Assembly: GCA_013239625.1 (NCBI GenBank) | Contig: MU053482.1 | Location: forward strand, 347,168-411,167 | Length of the DNA: 64,000 bases | Direction: 5' to 3' | From: Lama guanicoe | Taxonomy: Eukaryota | In this document: positions 20,493 to 32,400 of the stretch, in pieces | Numbering within the stretch: position 1 is the first letter of the stretch | Layout of the letters: every line of letters starts with the position of its first letter | Translations under genes and position numbers: made by a program | The notes under the pieces: generated by a model | Told to the model about the DNA's origin: nothing | Seen by the model: only the letters and a program-made list of their open reading frames with translations | The model's database searches: none

Positions 20493-23400
20493 CTGTGGGA
20501 GGAGTGGAGATTGGAGGTGTAGGTGAGATCAGGTGGGTGGCAGCATCTTGGGAGGCGGGTGTGTGGGGCCCAGCAGGAAACCTCCCCCTCATGCCATCCC
20601 TGGGCCTGCCTCACCTGGATGCGGCTGTTGCCCCAGTCAGCCACGATGATGTTCCCATTGGAGTCCACAGCTACTCCTGTGGGGGCGTTGAACTGCCCGT
20701 TGCCCTCACCGTGGGAGCCGAACTTGAAGAGGAACTCTCCGTCGGCACTGTACACCTGGCAGGGGAGAGGGCTGGGGACTGGGGACCTGGCCTCAGGCAG
20801 AGGGCGGGGCTTTGGAGGAGGAAGAGGTGAAGTCCCAGGGCTGAGGACCCCCAGATCTGCAGTTACAAACCAGTTCTTCTTTCCAGGCTTCACGTCCATG
20901 CATCTCACTGCCTACTGGACGTCGCCAGCTGATGTCCCTTGGGCATCTCAGATCTAACAGCTCATCCTCCCAGGGAAAGCAGTTCTTCTATGTTCTCTTT
21001 CTCAGTGATTGGCAACACCCAGGTGTCCATGAGTCATTCTCGACTCCACCTTCTCCTTTGCTTGACAGCCAATGAATTACCACAACCCGCTGATTCTATC
21101 TTCAATCTGTACCCAATGCACATACTGCCACTGCAATGGTCCTCATCTGGATGATTGCAAAAGATTGATCTTCCTGCCTTTAGTCTCGCCCCAGCCAGAG
21201 CAATCTTTCTGAGACACACAGGATTGCATCACCCTGATGCCCGCAATCCTTCAGTGACTCCCCGTGGCTCTTAGGAAGAGAGGAAGCCCCTTAAGGGAAT
21301 GAGCCAGCCCCGTTCTCACCTGGAACCACTCCCCTCCTCAAATCCAGTCTGAACTACTTGGAATTCCTTGACTACACGGTAAGGGTTCCCACCTCTAGTT
21401 CTTGGCTCCTCCTGTCCCTCCTCCTTCTGGTTAATTCCCACTTGTGCTTTAGGTCATTCTCTGTCTCACCTGAATCAAATGCTCCTGCTACGCCTTCCCC
21501 CAGTTCCCTGCACTCCCCTATCACAGAATCTATCACATCACACTGTAATATCCTAGCACCTTTTTCTCTCCCCTACTGGACCACACCCCTCCTAAAAGAT
21601 AAGGAACATATTTGCCTTACTCATCACTGTATTCCCAGCTTCTAGCATAGTGCCTGGGACAGCGGAGCCATGCCATGAATGTTGACTGTTCAAATCAATG
21701 ATCTCAAGGGAGAAAAGAAGGAAGTGAGGGGGAGAGGAGTCTTGTGGAAGAGGAAAGGATGTTGGGACAGTGGTCCTGGAGGGAGGGGGAACACTGACCT
21801 TCACTGAATGGTTATGGAAATCCGTCACTACAATCTCGTTCTTGTTGTTCACAGCCACAAAATGGGGCCCTGAAAATACAAAGTAGGCTCTCTGGCAGTA
21901 AGCTGGGATGCTGAGTGGGATGGGGAAGAGCATTTGGGATGAGAGAGCTGGGGTGCTAGGAGATGGGGAGATCTCTGGGATGGTGCTACTAGGACACCAT
22001 GAAGGGAGGGGTCCCCTAGGGCCAAAATATAGCAGGAGGGGTCTCTGGAGCTGGGGCACCCAGGCAAGCTCTCTAGGACTGGGGTGTCAGAATAGGTATC
22101 TGAATTCTCCCCCAATACCTGCAAAGTGGCGGTCAGTGGCCCCACGACCCCCAAAACGGCCAACCAGCTTGCCATTGGGCTGGAAGGTAAAGACGCAGCA
22201 AGACTTGTTGTCGACCACAATGATATGTCCGTTCCGGTCCACGGCCACTCCCTTGGGGCCCATGAGGCGGCCAGCTCCAATCTTGGTCTGGAGGAAGGGC
22301 ACACCCGTTAGGGGCTCTAACCTGCCTGGTGGGAGAGTAGTCCCAGCCTGGCAGCAAAGCAGAACCTCACGTTGGGGATGGACCAAGCATTCCAGGACCT
22401 GACCACCAGGAGGCACTAGAATGGTCACCTCAGCTGGCCACCAGGGGTGCAGAGTAGAGTGACAGTAGGCCTCTCACCTTGAACTTGCCCTCAGGGGAGA
22501 AGATGCTGACCCAGCGGTTGTCGTAGTCTGCCACGATAATGTCTCCGTTGGTGTCCACTGCCACTCCTGTGGGGCGCTGCAGCTGCCCAGGCGAGCGGCC
22601 TCGGACCCCGAAGCGGAACTTGAACTGGCCTTCGTTGGAGAAAACCTGGAGCAGAGGAGCAAGGGAGGGAGCAGGCAGGAGGGGAGAGATTGTGGGCACA
22701 GAGGGAAGGGAGCAGGATCCTGAGGGAGGAGACCTCCATTCATTCCTCATTCAGCAAGTACTTACCGACACCCTGCTGGGGGTACAGAGAAGACTCAGAC
22801 ACAGCCTGCACCTTAGGGGACATGCAGCAGAGGGGAGAATGGGATTGTAAGACTGTGAAAGGGGTGGGGGTGGTCAGGAAAGGCTCCAAGAGCAGGGGCC
22901 ATCTGAGCTAAGAGCCTAATAAGGATGCTAAGAGAGGAACCAAAGTTGTCAGGTAAAGAAGGAGGAAAAAAGGTGTTTAAGCAGAATCATCAGTGTGTAA
23001 AAGGCACAGAGTCCAGTACAGACGCTGCTGTCCAGTGTGGCTGGATTGCAGCAGGCAGGCCCATAAAGAACAAAAGGAAAAAGGTTTTATTCTGGGTATA
23101 ATGAGGATTCACTGAAAATTGTGAGGGACAAGATGAGATTTGCTTTGATGGTATAATAAGAAATAGATTTGGTATTTGTCCCCCGTGCCTGGCACAGAGC
23201 TCCTCAAACCCTCAGAATTTCTAGATTAATGGGAGTGTCTTCTGTCATTCAAAAGGAGCCCCTTTTGAGCTTATGCGAATGAGGAGACGTAGGGTGAGAT
23301 CCCTGGATGGCTTCAGGAGGGGCTGGTCGCATGAAAGATCATGCGATTGAAGAGCTGGAAATTTCAGCCCTGCCCACCAACCACTGGGAAGGAGAATGGG

Positions 23401-26400
23401 TGGAAAGCACAGATTAAGCTCTCTAAACACTCTTGAACAACAAGATTTGATGAACTTCCGGATGTGTGTACCCCAGTTCCACAGGAACCAAAGCTCCTAC
23501 ACTAGGGACTCTTTCAGACCTTACCCTACATACCTCTTACCTGGCTGTTCATCTGTATTCCATATAGTAAACTGCTAAACATAATTAAATGTTTCCTGGA
23601 GTTCTGTGAGCTGCTCTAGCTAATTAATTAAACCCCAAAAGTGGGTTGTGGGAACTTCCAATTTACAGCTGGTCGGTCAGTACAGGCGACAAGCCGAACT
23701 TTCAATTGGCGTCTGAAGTAGAGGCAGTCGTTCGGGACTGAGCCCTTAACCTGTGGGATGTGACACTATCTCCAGGTGGACAGTGTCAGAATTGAATCAA
23801 ATTTACAGGACCCCTGGTCAGTGTTCACTGAGACTTGGAGAATTGCTTGGTGGTGTAGGAAAAAACACATGGGAGCTTTTTCAGAAAGAGCACTCTGGCT
23901 GCAGGAAGGAGTCAGGACTGGAAGCTAGCCAACCAGTCAGAGGTGCTGCAGTGGTCCAGGTGAGAAATGACGCTGGCTTGGACCGCTTGCTAGAGGGAAG
24001 TAGATGGACTCAAGAGACATGGAGGAGGAAGACTCAGTAAGACTTCGTAGCAGACAAGGAAGGGGCAGGTGAGGGTAGGGGGATGGACAAGGATAGCCCG
24101 TCCGGGCTGTGAGGCTGATACGGTGACCTTCCTCCCAGACAGGGTTAAACCCTTCAAACTCCTGCCCTCTCCAACCTCCTCCACCTTAGCTGCCCAACAC
24201 GCTCAGGTCTCCCCATCCTAAAAGCGCCTGTTTTAATGCTCCTCTCCTCTAGAGTTAAGCCGTTTGGCCTCTCCTGCACAGCCAAAACATCACTCACTGC
24301 ACACATCTCACACACTGCTTTGTTAGAGGCTCTAGAGACATAAGATGAATCAAGTCAGGAGCAGCACTGGAGAAACTGGCCTTGCTCTCTGATCCAAACT
24401 TGCTCCCTTCTTAATGGATTGGTCCCTCTGCTCCTGTACCATCCCCATTTCTTAGGCCTGCAGGGCTGTTTGAACTGGTCCCACCAATGGACATCACTCC
24501 CTCCTGATGTGGACCCTGAATCTTGCCCTCCCCTGGCTGATCAGAACAGCCTTTGGGTTCTGCACTGCTCCGCCGTGGTTGGACAGCACTTGTCAGCACA
24601 AGAAGGTAGGCACCATGGGCTGAAGAGCTGCTGTGAGAGGGACTTAGAGCTACCACCAGATCAGCACTGTGGCAACACTTCTGCCTCCTCCAGCCTCGGC
24701 AGCGTAGTTTCCAGCTCAACACTGAGGCTTGGCCGGGGTGGGGGGTGGGGTGGGGGCTGTCTTGCTCTTCCCATCCCATCCTGTCCCACCCCTTACACCT
24801 GGCCAACTCCTACTCATTTTCCAGTTCTCAGAATTTCCCAGTCACCTCTTCAGAGCAGCTTTTAATGACCAACTCCACTCCCTGAACCAACACACATACA
24901 TAAAGTTAGGTCTCCATGATATATGTGTTTTAGCTCTTTTCATACCCACTGTCATTTCTGTGACTAAATAGCTCTTAAATATCCTTGTCCCCTGCCAAAG
25001 ATGTAAGCTCCAGGTAAAGCAGGGACCGTGTCTGTTCTGTTCACTGCTGCATTTGCAGCACTGGTGGGGCAAACTGGCACACAGCAGACATTTAACAAAT
25101 GCATGAATTCCTCAGCTCAGTCTCAGACCAGAATCGGACAGCTTCAACTCGGATGCTGCACAGCAATCTCCAATTCAACACGCACAAAAGCGAATTCATC
25201 AACCCACTCCCAGGCCTGCTCCTGAATGGCAACACCTACCCAGGGCACCCAGCCTGCAATTCTTGATCCCTCCCTTTGCCCTGACATCTGAGGGCTCCTG
25301 GAAACTGGCTGTATTTGCTTCCTTATCTCTAGAATCTGCTGGTGCCCTAATTTGGTCCTGAACATCTTTCTCCTATGCCATGGTAGCAGTAAGCAACTTC
25401 AGGATCTGAGTCGAGTCGGGGGAGAGAGAAGCTAAAGCAAAATAAAGCAAACAAGCCAGTGATTCTGGTAAAGTATGCAAAGTACTATGGCAAAAGGCTG
25501 AGGGAGCTCAGAGGAGAATGTGATTAACATTCTGTCTGAAGGAAATGAGGACATTTTCATGGAAGAGCTGATAGAATTTCTAGACTAAGACAATCACACC
25601 AGGATGTTATACAAATCATATTCTTCATTCAAAATCACAAAATGTTTTCTCTCTTCTGTCAGCTGATGCTGATTCAGCACAAGGAGGGGATTTACCACCA
25701 CCAGAGCCAGGTCCAAAGGGGGAAAAGTTCAGAGGACTGCAATCCTCATGAACTAAGTAGGGAGCCATAGTCCATGTGGGAGCCTGGCCCATACCAGGCC
25801 TGAGGACCCCAGAGTAAGAGAAGGAGAAACTGCTTTGGAATCTGAGAGCCAGGCTCCTAGAAGCTACAAGGTTGGAGTACAGTTGGGACCAGGGGCAGGG
25901 AGGACGGCTGTAGGAAAAACAAGTGTTCAGAAGGGACTGGGTCCTCCCTCTTAAGTCCCTATGCTGTGAAACAAGGGACAAGCACAGCCTCCTGTTGGGG
26001 AGACAAAGTGGCACGTCTTCCTGGGCCCCCGTAAGATTTCCTGGCACCTTCAGTTGGCTAGGTGGCCAGCAAGGGCCAGGAGGAGCTGGCATGGAGGTGA
26101 CAGCCCTTTGGCAGAGCTGGATCTGTGACGGGGTACCCAGGCAGCAGGTCAGTAAGAAGTTTAAATGTTCAGATGTGATGTAAGGATCTTCAGGGAAAAG
26201 TTTTGCTACCTGATAAAATGTTCCCAAGAACTGAAAGTTTACAGCAGTTAGAAATAATCCTGGATAAAATCAAAATCCCACAGCTTCCTCTCCAAAGTCA
26301 TTTACAGCGTGACCTCAGCTGCCCAACTCCTAATCGTAATCCACCTCCAGCCTCTCTGGGATCCTTCGAGTTCCCTGAACAACCCCTTCCATTACCTTCC

Positions 26401-29400
26401 CACCTCCTGGCTTTTGTCTACAGCCTCCACCTGGACAATGATATTTTCAACAACAGCTAACATTAGAAGGCTCACCAGGTGTCAGGCATGGTACATTATG
26501 TCACTCAGTGCTCCCAGCAACCCTATGAGGTATTCTTTTCCTAATTTTACACATGAGTTCACCGAAGCTTGGAGGTGTCACATGACTTGTCAGTAAGTGA
26601 CAGAGCTAGGATTCAAGCCCAGGTGTCTGGTTTCAGAGCCTGAGCTTTTCCCTGCTGTACTGCGTCTATCACACTGGCACCCGCCACTAGGCTCTGCCTG
26701 CTCCTAGGCTCACGACAGTGAATAGAGAGAGTAAAAAACATTTTCTGGCTTTAAGGAGCTGGAAGTACAGCAGAGGCCTGTCCATTCATGTGGTGGGTGC
26801 TTTACTCAGGGGTGTGAGGCCCTGGGAAGGCCAGGGGCAGGACCACATATGAGACTGCACTATGGTCTAGCCACTGGAGGCGCCCCTTTTCACAAGTTAC
26901 CCCAATGTGACTATCTAGTCAGCAGGATGTCTGCAGAGACTGACAGAGACAACACACATTCTAGAGCCACACAGGCAGTAGGAAGATAGCAGGGGAGGGC
27001 AGAGCCTGCATCCTGACCATGTGGTGGTGAAAAGGGGAGAAAGTAAGCCAGCCAGGTGGAGGCTTATGTGGAGGCAGAGGGGAAGGAAGAATGAACCAGA
27101 TCTTTGGGGTCCAGGAGCTGGTTGGGTCTAAGCCACAGCCTGGGAGGTAGGGGCTGCCAGCAAGGTCAACCCTGGTGCCTAGCTGTGAACATGTTGGTTA
27201 CTGCGCAGCCAGTGAGGAAGGGGTGGCAAGTAGGTGGGTGAGAGGTGGTGCTATGATTCATTGCTCATTAAGGAACCCTATCTGTAGGGTTTCATCTTTC
27301 AGGAGGTGACCTGTATACTCTCTCTCTCTCTCTCTCTCTTTTTTTTAAGAAGCTGTAACTTGAAAACCTTTACTTTGGTGGTGGGGGAGGGCTTACCTGG
27401 ATACATTGGTTGTTGCTATCTGCTACCACTATGCGGCCGCTACTGGCTGCAGACACACCCTGTAGGTTGGTGAATTCACCCTTCTCCCTTCCTCGACTGC
27501 CTGTGGGGAAGAGATAGGATGGAAATTAAAAAATTCACACTGTGGTCATTTTCAGCCTCTGGCCCCGCCCTGTTCCCTACTCCCGCCTGTGCCACCCTCA
27601 TCTGGCTCTGCCCTTCGCCCTCTGTACCAACGCGGAAGACAAGCTCGTCCTCAATGGGGTTGTCCTTCCGTTTGCCGCCGGTGCTGTACATGGAGCTGGG
27701 CCTACGCACTGCCTTCTGCCGCACGTGGCTGCCAGGGCCGCCGGGGGACTTGACGCGGCGCTTGACATCGTCGGGGGAAGGTGGCAGGTCCCCAGGGCGC
27801 AGGGCACGCACGCGGAAGGGGCTGCCGCGCACCGGCTGTCCATACAGCAGCACCGAGAGGAGCAGCTCGCCTTCGGTGCGTGCCGTGTACACCAGCTCGT
27901 ACGTGCCATTCTTGTGGTCCACCACCGGCACGGGCAGGCGGGTGCCGTCGGGGGCGGTGATCTCTGCGCGCAGCTCGGCGCTGCCTGTGCGCACCAGCCG
28001 CCCATCCTTGTCTTTGGTAGTGACGGTGAGCGAGGCAGGCTGGCCCACCAGCGCCTGGCGCAGGCCCTCGCCTGTGGCCACGGTTTCATGCGCAGTGGCG
28101 CTCGTAGTGAGCAGCGCTCCCAGATTGAGCACCGAGCGCCGCAGCCCATCTACCTCAAGGACCAGTTCCAGCTGCGCATTCTCGTGGGGCCGCTCCGGGA
28201 AGGCCTGTGCCGCCAACGCTGCCAGCCGCTCTCGCATGTGCTTGCGCACCAGCAACACCTCTGGGGCCGAGCCCAGGCGCAGGGCCTGCTCTGCGAAGCT
28301 GCAGCTACTGCCGATGTGTTCCTGCCCCTGGCGCAGCGTGTCTAGCTGCGTCTGCAACACCTGAGGAGGGGTTACAGGAGGACTGGGTGAGCAGACTGGT
28401 CAGGGAGTGGAGAGGGGATTTTAGGTGAGTGCCTCTAATTCCTGCTGAGCTTGTAGTACTGTGGCATGAAAAAAATAAAAGAGGGTGAGAGTGGACAAGG
28501 GACAGAGATGCCCACAGCACCTATGGGCCACGTCAGGAGGCAGAAACTATAGACTAGGGATGGATGCACAGGTGTGGAAAGCAAGGGAAGCATGGAGGCA
28601 ATAAAGCCATTTCATGATGGACGGTGGTAGGATAGGGTGGGCAGACGCACCTTCTGCTTGGCCCCACAAATGGCCTCCAGGTCGCTGACCAGAGCCTGCT
28701 TGCGCTGCTGCAGCGCTTGCTCCAGGTCCTCGAAGGCTGCGCTGATCTGGGCCAGGGCCTCGGCCTTGCGTTCCTGCAGCTGCTGGCTGATGCCCCCTAC
28801 TAAGGCGATGGCTGCGGACAGCTGTGGCAGTCTGGGGAGGGGAAGCATCTCATACCGGGGTCACCTGAGGGTGCCCTTACCAAACCATTCCTTCTCTCTA
28901 CTGCTGCCGTCCAGGACTCCCCTTCCCTGAGACCCCCCTTCCCTCCCTGAGAATTTTGTCTCTCCCTCCCCGGGACCCCTCCCCTGTCCTGTTAAAACAC
29001 CATCCCGTAAGGCCCCACCAGCCAGGGTTCCCGCCAGGCGCCTACCGGCCGCGCACCGCCTCGAGCTGGCGCTGCAGGGCCGCCTTGTGCTGCTCCACCA
29101 CGTCTCGCAGCAGCACGGTGCCGTGCTCTCGGTGCTCCCCCGCGCGGCACTCCCCGCACATGGCCGTCTCACAGGCCTCACAGTAAAACTCCATCGTCTG
29201 GCAGCATAAGGACTCTAGTCAGGCAAAGACTAGACACCAAACTTCTTTGTCCCCTCTCCTCCCTCATCTGCCCTCCTCGCCTCTCCCCTTCCAGGTGCGT
29301 CCCCCTACCTGGACCGCTTATCCAGAGAAACACCCTCTCACCCACAGCCACTCGGCCCCTCCCCCGACCTCTCCTCCCCGCCCACCCCAAGTCCTGGCCT

Positions 29401-32400
29401 CACTGGGCCTGCTTGGGCCCACCTTGCCTTCATGGTTGGGGCAGGAGAGGGGGCGGCCAGCCACTGCGCTGAGGGGATGGGGGTCCTCGGGGTCGTGGGC
29501 CCCATCAGGTGCCTGCTGCATGGCCTCCATGAGGCTGCTGATGAAGAAGTTGTTCTGTAGTGCGGAGACGCCCTGCTCAGGGAGGATGGACGTCTGTCGA
29601 CACACTGGACAAGACAGCGTCAGGCTCTGGGCAGGGATGTAGTTCTGGAGGCATCTGGCCAGGGAGGAGGGGGAATCAAAGGAATGAAGGGGTGGGGCTG
29701 TGTCCATGCACCCGTCCTCACACCTGCCATGGGTGCCAATCCCTCTCCTCACAGGTGTGCTGCTACACTTCATTTCGAAACCTCTGGTTGGCACGTGCAT
29801 CTTGTCTTACCAGCAGGTGTAAAAGGCCTCACTCATCACATCTGAGTGGAAACACATCCCTGAAGTCTCTCAGAAGAGCAGATATATCCGCATTCCTCAC
29901 AGTGTGCACAAACAGGGGTTCACCTTTCACAGGTGTTTACAAACCCTTCTCACAGAAAATGTGCGTAGCCCCTCCCCCACCCCACCCCACTAACTCATTA
30001 AACATTTACTGACTGCCTACTCTTGCCAAATTTGTGCCATGCTCTGGGGATACAAAGATAAACCACAGTGCCTACCTCTAAAGTACTTCTAGTCTACAGA
30101 GAAAAAAAGTTGCAGAAATAGAGTTTATAGAAGGAGAACATGTAATGATTAAAGGCATGGGTCCTGGAGCTAGAACGCCTGGGTTCAGTTCCCAGGTCGC
30201 CTGTTATACTGTGTGAACCCTGACAAGGTATTTAACTTCTATGAGCCAAGGATCCTTCCTTTGTAAGACGGAGACAGCACAGGCTTTACAAGATGTGGAT
30301 AATTAAATGTAAAGTGCTTACGTGCCTGACTCACAGAAAGCACTATGTATTGTGGGCTATTAGTGTTACTTCTCATTAAGGTAAGGAATACAGTAGATGC
30401 AATGATACGGAAATGCACAGAAGGGGCACTGGGTCAAGGGTGGGTAGAGAGGGTAGCCAGGGAAGGGCTGCAAAGGAGGTGACAAAAGCAAAATCTTCAC
30501 GGACAGATAACTGTTAGTCTGGCCAAAGAAAGGTGCAGGGAGAGGAGGCAGGGTGTCCAGATACAGAAGGTAGTCAGAAAAAGCACCCTCCAGGTAGGGA
30601 ATTATAAGCAGTTCGAGGTGGCTGGAGACCAAGTCAAAGGCAAGGAATGGTAAGAGAAGTCTGGAGAGAGAGTCAGGGGCCAGCTCACGGAGGGCTCCTG
30701 GGCCACACCAAAGAGCTTAGAAGTTACCCCAACAGCACTAGGGAGTTGCAGGAGCATGGTACCGCCAGCTCTACACTTTCATCAAACTCCCCTTCACTGC
30801 CTCTGCGCAGAGGGTGAAGGTGAAGGTGATGAGACAGCAGATAAGGGGCAGCAGCAGCAGCATCCCCAGCATCCAACTGCCATTTATTAAGCACTCTGTT
30901 AATGGACTCGGAAAGGGTAAGTGGTCCAGGGTTACAAAGCTACTGAGCACTGGAGCCAGACCCAAGGCAAAGCATGTGCTTAACCAAGACACTCTTGCAA
31001 TAGTCCAGGCAAGAGGTGAGGCAGACCTGGATCTAGGCAATAGCAATTTGAGAAGACCAAGGTGGAACAAATTTGAGAAGTATTTAAGAAGTACAGCCAG
31101 CAGGAGGTGCTGTTTGATTAGATACGGGGAGTGAGAGATGAGTGTTGCCTCCCAGATTCCTAGCTTAGCTGACCTAGTGGATGGTGGTGACAGTCACCAT
31201 GATGAGAAACATAGAAAGAGGAGTGGTTAATAGGGAAGTTCAGCGTTGACCTGGTTGAGTTTACTGAAACAGTGGGACATCTGGGCAGAGGGGACCAGTA
31301 GTTGGGAAGAAGCCAGGTTAGAGATGAGGATGGAGAGGTCATCAACATTTAGATGGCCTCTGTAGCCATGGGAGAGGATGTGGTCGCCAAGAAGGGGCAT
31401 ACAGTGCCTAGAGCAGGACAGAGCACTCAGCAAGTACTGAATGAGGAGAGCAAAGAACGGGCAGAGAGGCAGAAGCAAAGACAATGTCAGGGCAGCAAAG
31501 TGAGTTCCAGACATGCAGTTCCAGAAGAAGAGAATAAGTCGTCGTCAGCGGCAAAAGCAGCTAAGAGTCAGGGAAGGGATGGACTGGAAAATACCCGTTG
31601 AATTTGGCAACTGTAAGAGTACTTTTATCTGTAAGGAAAAGAGTGAGTGGAGTGGTGGCGGAAGGCAGGCTCACTGTTCCCAGTTGAGGAGTGAATGGGA
31701 GGTTGGCAGTTTGACTGAGGAGGTTGAGGGACTGGCTGGCAGCTGGGAGAGACAAAGGGACAAGGGGGAGTTCTTATCTGTGTGTAATGGGAACATGGAG
31801 CATGTTTATAAATTGAGGCACGAGTAGAGGAGGGGGGAGGAGACTAAGAGACATGGGACAAGATCTGGGGATAGGAGAGTGGCTCAGGCTGGCCTGAAGA
31901 TGGGGAGTGGACCCCATCCTCTGGATGGAGGGAAGGGAAAAGAGAAGTAGATGTACTTGAGCACAGGGGGGCAAAAGTAGAGGATGCCTAGCTTGCCTCA
32001 GGCAAGATCAGCTGCTGAAAGTAAAGGGGCGGGGTGGTCCCAGAGAACAGGGAGGGGAGGAATCTTACTAGAAACAGGCTGTCGGCAGCTGTGTTCAGAG
32101 ACTACAAACTTGTGGAGGGAAGATCTGCATGGTGCAAACTTTCCCATGACCTCTATCTCTTCTCTGAAAGTTCTCTACATCTCTCCATCTGAATTAATTA
32201 ATTTTTATGTATTTAACCAACACTATGTGCCAGGCACGATTCTAAGTGCTTCACAAATATTAACTTCTTTGTGACCTAGTTTCCTCTGCAGTCTCCTTGA
32301 GGTTAGAGTGGTTTTCGTCTCATACTCCACATTCCTCAGGGCCAGAAGGTGGGGTTGAGTCCTCCCCGCCCCCAACTGGATCACTTCTAAATTCTTCCTC

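Noticed and set aside
24570..24680. REST/NRSE-like half sites in a TRIM3 intron
   Set aside because: Half sites in the wrong order/spacing and too many mismatches to TTCAGCACCACGGACAGCGCC
25625..26227. 200-codon minus-strand ORF in a TRIM3 intron
   Set aside because: Starts at TTG, no homology recognised, and an open frame of this length is plausible by chance in six frames of 64 kb
27519..28364. Long plus-strand ORFs (281 and 267 aa) and an alternative-frame minus ORF (183 aa)
   Set aside because: Shadows of the GC-rich 733-nt TRIM3 exon; low-complexity R/S/A/P content and no independent splice or promoter support
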